From: a virus
Virus record (IMG/VR): IMGVR_UViG_3300033512_000218
Location: 64,001-128,000 of that record
Length of the DNA: 64,000 bases
Direction: 5' to 3' (one strand)
This document shows, piece by piece, positions 52,235 through 61,738 of this stretch. The notes beneath the pieces are model-generated. The model was not told the DNA's origin. It saw nothing but the letters and a program-made list of their open reading frames with translations, and ran no database searches. The translations under genes and the position numbers were made by a program. The stretch's first letter is position 1. Every line of letters begins with the position of its first letter.

Positions 52235-53626
52235 ATGAATAAAAAACTACAATCAATACCATATCCAGAATATACAACTATTAATAGAGATTTATTAACA
52301 AATGTAATAAATGGATATAAAATAAAAAATACAACTACTTCTACGTATCAAATGTGGACAGGTAGTTCTTGGATTAACATTCTAATCGACCAATCTTTAA
52401 CTAATGGTAAAACTTGGGTAGGTGATAGTAGTAATCTACCAAGTGAAAAAGATTATTATCAAATTCAATATTTCGATGCTACTGTTGGAACAGGTGGAGA
52501 TTATCCGATTTTAGGTGATTTAATTACAGGTATAACAGCAGGTAAACGTAAATTCAAAGCTATAGGAAATATAGCAAGTACAGGAGGAAGTGATATTACT
52601 CTAACAACTGGACAAAGTATATTTATTGATTTAAGTATTTATACTTTAGATATGGGTAGTTTTAATTTTGATGTTCAACAAGGAGCTTCGTTAGAAGTAA
52701 CTGGTAATTATAATAATGCTTCTCCTTATGTTAATAGAGGGAAGATTGCATTTGCTTATAATAGTTCAAAAGGATTGTTTGGAAGTACGGGAGGAAATGA
52801 CAATGTAAAAGTCGATAATATTATCATAGATAATAATTCAACAGCAAATAGTTGTTATATATCCCAAAAAGGGTATTTTTCAAATATTGTAATTGAACTA
52901 CCTAATTATACTAATGGAGCTTTTTATATGTTTAAAGGAAAAGTAAGAGATGCCGAAATAATCGGGGGTGGTTCTAATTGTTCGATGATTTTTTACGATA
53001 ACTCCACCATATCCAATTTTGAAAAAAATACAATTGAAAATATAAAATTTTCAGGAATATTTGCGACAAATAGCATATTAGTATATATTTATGCAATGTC
53101 AAATGTCATATATGTATCGAATAGTTACGCCCAATTTATTGGTACTTCTATTGATGGATTAATAGATTCTACATCAAAAGTAACTATTAGAGGCTTATTT
53201 TCATTTATTTCAGATTCTACAATTGGAAATATCAGTATGAACGGTGCGGATTATGGAAAAATAAATGATTGTATTATAAATAATACAACTATAGTTCCCG
53301 AAAGTGGTAGCACTGCATATAAATTAGCACTTACGGGTTGTCGTTTTCCTTTATTAACCACAATAACAAATCCTGCAAAATTTTATAATTGTATTTTTGA
53401 AAAGGCAATAAGTTGTACAGGTAATTTATTTGTTTTTGAAAATTGTATTTTTTTAAATTCTTTAATTATTAATGGAGATAATGGAAAATTAACTGGAAAT
53501 AAAGTAACAGGTACAACAACCATATCAGCAGGTTCAGAAAATAATATCATAACAGGAAATCATTTTGACGGTGGATTTACTGATAGTTCAGGATTAACAA
53601 ACAATGAAATAAATAATAACATATAA
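52235..53626 (+). CDS. tail fibre/spike with right-handed beta-helix
   Basis: ATVGTGGDY then G/N/I-rich repeats (FYNCIF, ITGNHF). Confidence 0.65.
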   Translation: MNKKLQSIPYPEYTTINRDLLTNVINGYKIKNTTTSTYQMWTGSSWINILIDQSLTNGKTWVGDSSNLPSEKDYYQIQYFDATVGTGGDYPILGDLITGITAGKRKFKAIGNIASTGGSDITLTTGQSIFIDLSIYTLDMGSFNFDVQQGASLEVTGNYNNASPYVNRGKIAFAYNSSKGLFGSTGGNDNVKVDNIIIDNNSTANSCYISQKGYFSNIVIELPNYTNGAFYMFKGKVRDAEIIGGGSNCSMIFYDNSTISNFEKNTIENIKFSGIFATNSILVYIYAMSNVIYVSNSYAQFIGTSIDGLIDSTSKVTIRGLFSFISDSTIGNISMNGADYGKINDCIINNTTIVPESGSTAYKLALTGCRFPLLTTITNPAKFYNCIFEKAISCTGNLFVFENCIFLNSLIINGDNGKLTGNKVTGTTTISAGSENNIITGNHFDGGFTDSSGLTNNEINNNI

Positions 53627-53640
53627 AAAAATAAAAAATT

Positions 53641-54216
53641 ATGCAATTAAATAATAAACAAACAGGTGAAATAATTAAAATTTCTAAAATTAAAGACAGT
53701 GCAACTTATTACAAAGTTTATGAAAATAAACATTGTCTTGATAATGATTTATATGCAATTGATAAAAGTACCGATAAACGTGATACAAGTTATATTCCAA
53801 GTATTCCAATGTGTGAAGATAATTTAAATCTATATACATCATTATTAAAAGTATTAGAAGTAGAAACAGAGTTTGAATTATCAGAAGATAATCAAAACTG
53901 GTTAGTTGAAGATAAAAATAAAACAATTTTTGTATTGAATGATTTCCTTACTACAAAAATGCTTACTGATATTGATTTTAAAGGAGTTATAGATAGAATA
54001 ATTGATAAAAATAATGACCCATTATTATCGAAAATTATTTTTAAAGGATTAAATACAACAATAGTATATGTTAATAGTGTTGAGGAAGAAGACTTACCAA
54101 TAGTATATCCATATATAATTAGTGGTGATTTAATAATAGAAGATAAAATAATAAATATGGAATTATCATCAAATGATTCTATCATAAGTGAAAACTTAAA
54201 ATTAGAAATAAAATAA
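53641..54216 (+). CDS. tail-fibre-associated hypothetical protein
   Basis: 191 aa in fibre operon. Confidence 0.6.
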   Translation: MQLNNKQTGEIIKISKIKDSATYYKVYENKHCLDNDLYAIDKSTDKRDTSYIPSIPMCEDNLNLYTSLLKVLEVETEFELSEDNQNWLVEDKNKTIFVLNDFLTTKMLTDIDFKGVIDRIIDKNNDPLLSKIIFKGLNTTIVYVNSVEEEDLPIVYPYIISGDLIIEDKIINMELSSNDSIISENLKLEIK

Positions 54217-54217
54217 T

Positions 54218-54916
54218 ATGGGACTAAATACAACTAATAATAGCAATCAACAAACAATTGGATTATATACTTACCAAAGTAGTACCGTTGGAGATGCTGT
54301 AAATGATACAAGATTTTATACTAATACTGGAATTATTTATTTTGAAAAATGTACAGTATTAAATGCTACAAAAGGAGCAGGAACTTGGGTTCAAACTATA
54401 TCGCTGGATTCAACTAATATTAATATTGCTGGAACAGTAAATAATATTAAATGTTATGAAGCAATAATTAATCAAACATTAAGTAATGAAGTTAATTCGG
54501 GTAGTTTGACAATAAGTAAAAACTACTTAATTAAAACAAATACAACTGGAGATTTTACAAATACAGGAGCTTTAGATAATAATCCAGGAACTCAATTTAT
54601 TGCAACTGGAATAACACCTACATCATGGGGAGATGGAGTTTTAGTGGATACACCTGAACCTACTGCTATTATTTGGAATAATAGTTTAGGAGAAAATTTA
54701 ACTTATACATTTGATAGTAGTACCCAATATTCAATTATCGGGAGTATAAATTTGTTTTTAAATGCTAAAACTTTTATTTTAGCTAATTCACCTTCTTATG
54801 ATATTAATGTTATAAATGCTGGAGAGGTAAATAATAATATATTATATATACAAAATCCAAACGAATCAAGTTTAGCAACAAGTCCTTTATATCTTTCAAT
54901 TAAAATAAAACCTTAA
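54218..54916 (+). CDS. tail-fibre-associated structural protein
   Basis: T/G/N-rich; GDFTNTGA..PGTQFIATG. Confidence 0.6.
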   Translation: MGLNTTNNSNQQTIGLYTYQSSTVGDAVNDTRFYTNTGIIYFEKCTVLNATKGAGTWVQTISLDSTNINIAGTVNNIKCYEAIINQTLSNEVNSGSLTISKNYLIKTNTTGDFTNTGALDNNPGTQFIATGITPTSWGDGVLVDTPEPTAIIWNNSLGENLTYTFDSSTQYSIIGSINLFLNAKTFILANSPSYDINVINAGEVNNNILYIQNPNESSLATSPLYLSIKIKP

Positions 54917-54930
54917 AATAAATAAAAAAT

Positions 54931-55374
54931 ATGATTATGAAATTTTATTCGATTTTAGAAATTATATCTGCTATAATACTACTTATTATATTATTTCCAA
55001 TAGGAGTAATATATTCATTATTAATTCAACCTTTTATTCATTTTAAAAAATATAATGTATTTAAATACTTATACAATTTCATTTATCAAATTATATATGT
55101 AATATTTGATACTTTTCATCAAGTAGCAATTTATATAGATATAATTGGAAATATTGTAATTGGTGATTTAATGGAAATTTGTGTATTAAAAGATAAAAAT
55201 ATAATTGATACATGGTTTGGAAAGAAAGAACATACAATATCTCAATCTTTAGGTGAATTAGAAATAAATGGAAAATTAAATAAATTCGGAATATTTATAA
55301 CTAAATTGGCATCCAAAGTATTTGAAGATAACCATTGTATAAATGCATATAATCATTATATAAATAAAAAATAA
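54931..55374 (+). CDS. conserved phage membrane protein
   Basis: N-terminal TM; FGK.EHTISQSLG..NHC. Confidence 0.65.
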   Translation: MIMKFYSILEIISAIILLIILFPIGVIYSLLIQPFIHFKKYNVFKYLYNFIYQIIYVIFDTFHQVAIYIDIIGNIVIGDLMEICVLKDKNIIDTWFGKKEHTISQSLGELEINGKLNKFGIFITKLASKVFEDNHCINAYNHYINKK

Positions 55375-55375
55375 T

Positions 55376-55930
55376 ATGAACTCATTATTAGATAAGGCAG
55401 TTGAAATAGCGACATTTATCCATAGAAATCAAAAAAGAAGAAGTGGAGAACAATATATAATTCATCCTATTACAGTAATGAATTTAGTTAAAAAATTAGG
55501 AGGGAATGAGGTCCAACAAATAATAGCTATTTTACATGATACATTAGAAGATGTTGAAAAAAATAATAGTGGAGTAACATATCAAAAATTAAAACATATA
55601 TTAAATAGAACATTTGGGAATACTATAACAAAAGCAATAGAAAAATTAAATCTTGAAACATCAACAAATAAACAAAAATATTCAATTGAAGATATTAAAA
55701 AAATAGCACAAAGAAATAATTATGATTATACTGATGAACAGTTTATAATAAAAGTAACAAAATATATAAATTCAATTTATTCTATAATAAATGATAAATT
55801 ATTAAGTAAAATTAAAATAGCTGATATAATAAGTAATTTAATTGACAATCCTACTAAACAACAAAAACAAAAATACTGTACTTCATTACAAGTTTTAGGT
55901 AAAAATAGTATAAGTGATAAATATTGTTAA
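55376..55930 (+). CDS. HD-domain (p)ppGpp hydrolase-like protein (SpoT/Mesh1-type)
   Basis: HRNQKRRSGEQYIIHP, AILHDTLED, KIADIISN. Confidence 0.8.
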   Translation: MNSLLDKAVEIATFIHRNQKRRSGEQYIIHPITVMNLVKKLGGNEVQQIIAILHDTLEDVEKNNSGVTYQKLKHILNRTFGNTITKAIEKLNLETSTNKQKYSIEDIKKIAQRNNYDYTDEQFIIKVTKYINSIYSIINDKLLSKIKIADIISNLIDNPTKQQKQKYCTSLQVLGKNSISDKYC

Positions 55931-55933
55931 AAT

Positions 55934-55967
55934 AAAAAAGCTATAAATTTTCATTATAGCTTTTTTT
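55934..55967. terminator. bidirectional terminator
   Basis: AAAAAAGCTATAA/TTATAGCTTTTTT. Confidence 0.7.
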
Positions 55968-56146
55968 ATGTTTTCTTTTTTTGTTTAACAAGTAATCCTT
56001 TTGTTTATTCTTATGACTACCTGTTTTAAATCGCCCTAATTCTTTAAGTCCGTTATGAAAGCCATTTAATTCAGCTTTTATTTGGTCTTCCTTTGTTATT
56101 TTATTTTTAGGTTTCATTAGTTTTTTAATTGTTAATAATTATAGTA

Positions 56147-56203
56147 CAAATATAAACTATTTTTTAAATAAATACAAGTACTATTATGTTAATAAATGTT
56201 AAA
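56147..56203 (-). promoter_or_regulatory. box+promoter module copy 13, back-to-back with late motif 56206
   Basis: Box 56188-56203; CAAATATA 56147; drives a short basic ORF starting at 56117. Confidence 0.8.
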
Positions 56204-56237
56204 TAGTATTTATATAAAATAATATAAAAATTAAAAT

Positions 56238-57478
56238 ATGCCTTCAAGAAGTAAAAAACAATATAGATTTATGCAAACTGTTAAAGCATATAAATCAGGT
56301 AAAACAAAAGATGTATCAAAAGAAATAAAAAAAGCATCGGATAGTATGTCGACAAAACAAATCGATGATTATTTAAAAAGTGATTATTCTAAATTAGAAG
56401 AGAATATTATAAATGAATTCCAAGAAGATTTAGGTAAAAGATGTATAGTATTATCAGGACTTCCAGCATCTGGTAAATCCACATTTATAAAAACGGAAAT
56501 AAATAAATATATTCAAGGATTTTCAAATTATAAAGTATCAAATAGTGATGCACAAGTAAAAGCATTACAATATACAACAGCAAGAAATCATTTTGATAAT
56601 CTTATTAAACAAACAAATAAAACCAATGATATTAATAAAGTAATATTTAATTTTAAATCTAAATCTATTTATAAAAATAATAGAGGAAATATGATTGAAC
56701 ATCCTATTACAGTTGAATGGTGGGAAGAAAATAAAGATAAAGGATTAGATATATTTTGGAAAACATTTTATAAACATTATTATGCTACTTATTTTGATAT
56801 TAGAGATTTAGCAAAAGAAATAGATAAACAATTATTTAATACTAAAATAGTAAAAGCAGGAGATATATTAGTTATTGATACAGTTGGTGCAAAACCAGAT
56901 GCTTTAATGCCACGTTTAGAAAAATTAAAAAATAATAATTATACAAATATAATTATTTATTTAGAAATATCACCGAACTTTGTATAGTACGAGATAAATA
57001 TAGAGAAGAAACTGAAGGAAGAGGAGTAGGAGAAAATGTAATTTTCGATTATGCCTCAAAATTAGAAAGTGCTATTGAGTTTTATAAAAAAGATGGAATA
57101 AGTGAAACTGGAATAATTGATAGATTAATACATTTTAAATGGGTTCCTTCAGGAGATAGTCCTGTAAAAGGAACATACGTATTAGTTAAAGATTATAGAT
57201 TTAGTATTATAAAAAAGAAGAAAAAAATAAAAGAAGATTTAATTCCTGGAGGAAAAGGAGATAAAACAGATATTAATAAATTAGATAGAAAACAATTATT
57301 GATTGGTATAAAAGTTGAAATGGAACATACTGATGATATTAAGAAAGCAGTAGAAATAGCGAAAGACCATTTAACCGAAGTTCCAAATTATTATACTATT
57401 TTAATTAATTCAGGATTAGTAGATGAAAAGGAAGCAATAAATTTATATAATAAATATTATAAAAATGTTAGAGTATAA
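56238..57478 (+). pseudogene. DUF3008-like + P-loop kinase + DUF5661-like fusion, frameshifted
   Basis: MPSRSKKQYRFM; SGLPASGKST; shift at ~56975; IPGGKGD..GIKVEMEHT..EIAKDHL..YYT. Confidence 0.7.
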
Positions 57479-58325
57479 ACTAAATTACAAGATTGTATTT
57501 ATATCATTTGTAATGATGTTAATAGTATTAACAGTAATGTTTATATTATGTAAATTAACCAATATAATGATACCGTATATTCATATAAATAAATATGTTA
57601 TATATTTTATTGTATTCATATTATTGATAGGATTACATTTTTACTTTGTTAATCTACTAATAAAACATTTTAAAATAATACATCAAAATGAAATAAATAA
57701 AAGTTTACTACATAATATAAAAACAGTAACTCATGATTTTAAATCTCCAATAAAAACATTAAATGGATTAGTATATTTATTAGATAATAAAATAAAAAAT
57801 GTATCGGATATAAAAATAAATGAATATACATTAAAAATAAATGAAGTGTTACAATATATGAATGATATATTAGAAACAAATAAACAATTATATTTAAATC
57901 ATACAAGAAAACAAACAACCCAAATAAGTATAAAAATATTATTGGAAAATATAATTGATATAATTAGTTTTGATATGAAAAATGTAAATATTATCATAAA
58001 AGATGATATAACAATTAATACAAATACTTATTTACTATCAAGAATTATTCAAAATATATTGGTCAATATTGTACAACATAATAAACAACTTAATACAATT
58101 ATAATAAATACATATAATAAAGAAAATACAGGTTATATTAATTTTGAATATAAATCATTATCAAATATAAAAGATTTAAAGTATAAATATGATAAAAATA
58201 AAAATGGATTAGGATTACGTATAATAAAAGAACTATTAAATCATATAAACGGTAAATTAGTATTTAAACAAATAAATGATGTGTTTAATTTAACAGTTAG
58301 TTTTGAGAACAATTTAAATTTATAA
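57465..58325 (+). CDS. membrane sensor histidine-kinase-like protein, degenerate ATPase domain
   Basis: Two TM helices; H box THDFKSPI; N box IIQNILVN; G2 NGLGL; no DxGxG. Confidence 0.75.
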   Translation: MLEYKLNYKIVFISFVMMLIVLTVMFILCKLTNIMIPYIHINKYVIYFIVFILLIGLHFYFVNLLIKHFKIIHQNEINKSLLHNIKTVTHDFKSPIKTLNGLVYLLDNKIKNVSDIKINEYTLKINEVLQYMNDILETNKQLYLNHTRKQTTQISIKILLENIIDIISFDMKNVNIIIKDDITINTNTYLLSRIIQNILVNIVQHNKQLNTIIINTYNKENTGYINFEYKSLSNIKDLKYKYDKNKNGLGLRIIKELLNHINGKLVFKQINDVFNLTVSFENNLNL

Positions 58326-58337
58326 AAAATATTTATA

Positions 58338-58347
58338 GTATTTATAT
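58338..58347 (+). promoter_or_regulatory. late-gene motif GTATTTATAT (representative copy)
   Basis: Also at 211, 4479, 6568, 21970, 24670, 28749, 31822, 39503, 39624, 47516, 50112 and 56206, each about 8-35 nt upstream of a co-oriented ATG. Confidence 0.7.
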
Positions 58348-58379
58348 AAAAAATATAAACAATAAAAAATAAAATAACT

Positions 58380-60752
58380 ATGATAACAGAAATGCTAAGT
58401 GCAGGTGTATATCAACCAGAACAAGATTTATCATACTTGCCACGAATTTCGGAACAAGATGGAGCTGTTGTAATTGGACCTACTGAATGGGGTGAAGCAT
58501 ATATACCAACAAATATCAAAAGTATAACTGAATTTAATACAAAATTTGGTTATAGTAATACTAAAACTTATGTACCTCAAACAGTATATAATTATATGAA
58601 ATATGGTAATATAATGACCATTGTTAGAACAATGAGTGAAACAGGATATAAACATGATGAAGCAACATGTTTATCATTTACAACTCAAGACGGAGAACAA
58701 AGTATTATAGCAACTTTACATCATGCTCAAGGTTCAACAAAAACATTAGGAGATATTGCTAAAATTACATTAACTATTACTCCTGATTTATATTCAACTC
58801 ATGTATATACTGCAACAGTAACAGTTACAGATGATATTACTACATTAACTGAATCTTATGAATTTTCATTAGTAAGTACTGATTCAAACTATATTTCAAA
58901 AGTATTTAGTACAAGTTCAGAAACAACAAAATTAGTATACTTATATAATATTTATAATGAAAAAATAAGTGAATTAATTGATTATGTTACTACAGAAGGA
59001 TACACTTATACATTGGATATATTTTCATTTGATTTGAATTTTACAAATAGACCATATGAAAATGCTTCCACTCCTTGGATTATATCACAATACACAAATA
59101 ATTTAAAAGAGTACGAACAATTATTTAAAGTAAAAACATTTTCACAAGGAAATAATGTAAATAAAAAAGTAAAAATATCAATTGAAAATGTTAAATATTC
59201 TACTGAAGTACCAAATAGTGATTATGGAACATTTAATTTATTAGTACGTGATTTTAATGATACAGATACTCGACCTATTATATTAGAAAAATATAATGCT
59301 TTAACTTTAAATCCCAACGATGCTAATTATATATCAAGAGTAATAGGAGATGAATATAGAACTATTGTAAGCAATAAAGTAAAAGTAAATGGTAATTATA
59401 AAAATACAAGTGATTATATATACATTGAAGTAAATGAAACTATTGAAACAGGTTCAATGCCTAAACATCTTGTACCATTTGGATTTGAACGTATTTCTGT
59501 TCCATATATTGATAGTACAATTAATAAATCATTTCCAATAACAACATTTATATTAGAACAAGATAATGCTGGATTATATGATAGTAGAATATATCATGGA
59601 TTAGATTTTAATTCTACTGATAATGTTGCACAATTAATGCAAATAGCAACTTCTAATGGAACTAATACATTAAATAATATTAATACTACATTTAATTTAG
59701 GTGATTGTACAATCCATATAAATGCTCCAGAAGACGAAGGAGATAGTGTTGCAGAAAGTGATTTATTAAGTGCAAGAAAATTTTCTATTCCTTTACAAGG
59801 TGGGTTTGATGGTGAAGATACTGCTTTATATAAAGCCGTTGGTTCTGATATTACAAGTTCTAATTTATATGGATATGATTTTAGTACCGCTATTTCAAAC
59901 GGAACTGAAATGTATAAAAAAGCATTTATAATTTTATCAAATAAAAATTCATACGATTTTAATCTAATATTAACTCCTGGAACAATATATCGTTTACATA
60001 CTCCAGTTATAACAAGTGGTATTAATTTGTGTGAAGGTAGAGGAGATGTATTATATGTATTTGATATTGGTACATTGGATGATAGTGTATCAACTGCTGT
60101 AAATACAACTGATTCTTTAGATACAAATTATGGAGCAACTTATTTTCCATGGGGTAAAATTTTAGATACTGATATAAATCGTTTTACTTGGGTTCCTACA
60201 TCTGTATTTGTACCACAAGCTATAGCATTTAATGATAAAATAGGATATGAATGGAATGCACCAGCAGGATTAAATAGAGCTATTTTAGATAATGTACTTG
60301 ATGTTAGAATTCCACTTGACGAAACTGATACTGACGATTTATATGTAGCAAGAGTTAATCCAATTGCATCATTTAAAGAAGGTATTACAGTATGGGGACA
60401 AAAAACATTACAACAAAAAGCAAGTGCATTGGATAGAATAAATGTTAGACGCCTATTAATAAGATTGAAAAAATATACAAATTCACAAGTTAAATATTCT
60501 GTATTTGAACAAAATACAAGTATTACAAGAAATGGTATTATAAATATTCTAAGTCCTTACTTGGATAGAATTCAACAAAAAGGCGGATTATATGGATATA
60601 AAATTGTTATTAATGAACAAACAAATACAAATGAAGTTATTGATAGAAATCAATTAAAAGGTATAATTGCAATTAAACCTACAAAAACTGCTGAATTTAT
60701 TGAACTTACATGGAGTATTGTTGGAACTGATTTCGATTTTAATAACATTTAA
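58380..60752 (+). CDS. tail sheath protein
   Basis: SAGVY, IGPTEWGEA, LQGGFDG, YFPW, WNAPAGLNR, VNPI, WGQKTL, RINVRRLL. Confidence 0.95.
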   Translation: MITEMLSAGVYQPEQDLSYLPRISEQDGAVVIGPTEWGEAYIPTNIKSITEFNTKFGYSNTKTYVPQTVYNYMKYGNIMTIVRTMSETGYKHDEATCLSFTTQDGEQSIIATLHHAQGSTKTLGDIAKITLTITPDLYSTHVYTATVTVTDDITTLTESYEFSLVSTDSNYISKVFSTSSETTKLVYLYNIYNEKISELIDYVTTEGYTYTLDIFSFDLNFTNRPYENASTPWIISQYTNNLKEYEQLFKVKTFSQGNNVNKKVKISIENVKYSTEVPNSDYGTFNLLVRDFNDTDTRPIILEKYNALTLNPNDANYISRVIGDEYRTIVSNKVKVNGNYKNTSDYIYIEVNETIETGSMPKHLVPFGFERISVPYIDSTINKSFPITTFILEQDNAGLYDSRIYHGLDFNSTDNVAQLMQIATSNGTNTLNNINTTFNLGDCTIHINAPEDEGDSVAESDLLSARKFSIPLQGGFDGEDTALYKAVGSDITSSNLYGYDFSTAISNGTEMYKKAFIILSNKNSYDFNLILTPGTIYRLHTPVITSGINLCEGRGDVLYVFDIGTLDDSVSTAVNTTDSLDTNYGATYFPWGKILDTDINRFTWVPTSVFVPQAIAFNDKIGYEWNAPAGLNRAILDNVLDVRIPLDETDTDDLYVARVNPIASFKEGITVWGQKTLQQKASALDRINVRRLLIRLKKYTNSQVKYSVFEQNTSITRNGIINILSPYLDRIQQKGGLYGYKIVINEQTNTNEVIDRNQLKGIIAIKPTKTAEFIELTWSIVGTDFDFNNI

Positions 60753-60761
60753 TAATAAAAT

Positions 60762-60790
60762 AAAAAAGAGATTATAAAATCTCTTTTTTT
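60762..60790 (+). terminator. intrinsic terminator
   Basis: AAAAAAGAGATT/AATCTCTTTTTT. Confidence 0.7.
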
Positions 60791-60809
60791 ATATAAAAAT
60801 AATTAAAAC

Positions 60810-61166
60810 ATGACAAAATCAAATTTAAATTCATTAATACATAAAATATTAAATGAAGAACAAAAAAAGATACACAATACTTTTAAATTAACTCTTAATT
60901 TAAATCGTTCTTGGCTACATATAACATTTTTAAAAAAAGAATATATAAATGAAAATTTATATAATGTTACTGTTGAAATAGCCAATGGAAAAGATATTAT
61001 GATTGAAGAAGGACAGTTGGTATATAATAAATTTAAATGGACTATTATATTTAAGAATATAGTATCAATTAAATCAATGTTCGATGAAAAAATTAAAAAA
61101 ATAAGAAAAATAGATTTTGATACAGCAAATAGTAAAGAAATAAATTATTTAATAATACGAGATTAA
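60810..61166 (+). CDS. late hypothetical protein with leader
   Basis: MTKSNLNSLIHKILNEE. Confidence 0.7.
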   Translation: MTKSNLNSLIHKILNEEQKKIHNTFKLTLNLNRSWLHITFLKKEYINENLYNVTVEIANGKDIMIEEGQLVYNKFKWTIIFKNIVSIKSMFDEKIKKIRKIDFDTANSKEINYLIIRD

Positions 61167-61714
61167 TGATGAAAACACATATTTTAGAAAATATAATTAT
61201 TAAAATTATAAAAAGAGTATTAACAGAAAACACAGAATTAAATACTAAATATGTATTTAATAATAAAGATAAGTTTGCAGAAATATTATTAAAAATTCCT
61301 GGAGTTAGAGATTTTTATGCAGTTGAATTTAAGGATGGTAAAATAACAGATAATATTTTTATTCAATATTGGAATGCTAATGAAAAACAAAGAATGTATA
61401 AACCAATTAATAAAAATGATATAAATCCTTCCCATTATAAAAAAATTATAAAACTTGCACAAGAAGAATATGATTCATATAATTATGAATACGAAAATAT
61501 AACAAATTATAAAGAAATAAATGATTTAACTGATATTAAACTTAATGATTATATACTGTTTGAAAAAAATGATAGTAACATGAAAAATGTGGGTAAAATA
61601 ATAAGTATTAAAGGCAAAAATATTATTATTCAAACTGAATACATGGGACAACAAATGATGAAAATTAAATATAACTTAGACAATATAAATATTTTAAAAA
61701 TTAAACGAAAATAA
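61166..61714 (+). CDS. late hypothetical protein with leader
   Basis: ILENIIIKIIKRVLTEN. Confidence 0.7.
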   Translation: MMKTHILENIIIKIIKRVLTENTELNTKYVFNNKDKFAEILLKIPGVRDFYAVEFKDGKITDNIFIQYWNANEKQRMYKPINKNDINPSHYKKIIKLAQEEYDSYNYEYENITNYKEINDLTDIKLNDYILFEKNDSNMKNVGKIISIKGKNIIIQTEYMGQQMMKIKYNLDNINILKIKRK

Positions 61715-61735
61715 GTACAGTAATGTACTTATTTT
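61708..61735. terminator. bidirectional terminator
   Basis: AAAATAAGTACA/TGTACTTATTTT between convergent genes. Confidence 0.7.
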
Positions 61736-61738
61736 TTA

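Noticed and set aside
3118-56203. CRISPR array from the TTTAACATTTATTAAC repeats
   Set aside because: Copies are dispersed kilobases apart on both strands and tied to promoters; no regular repeat-spacer array, including next to tnpB.
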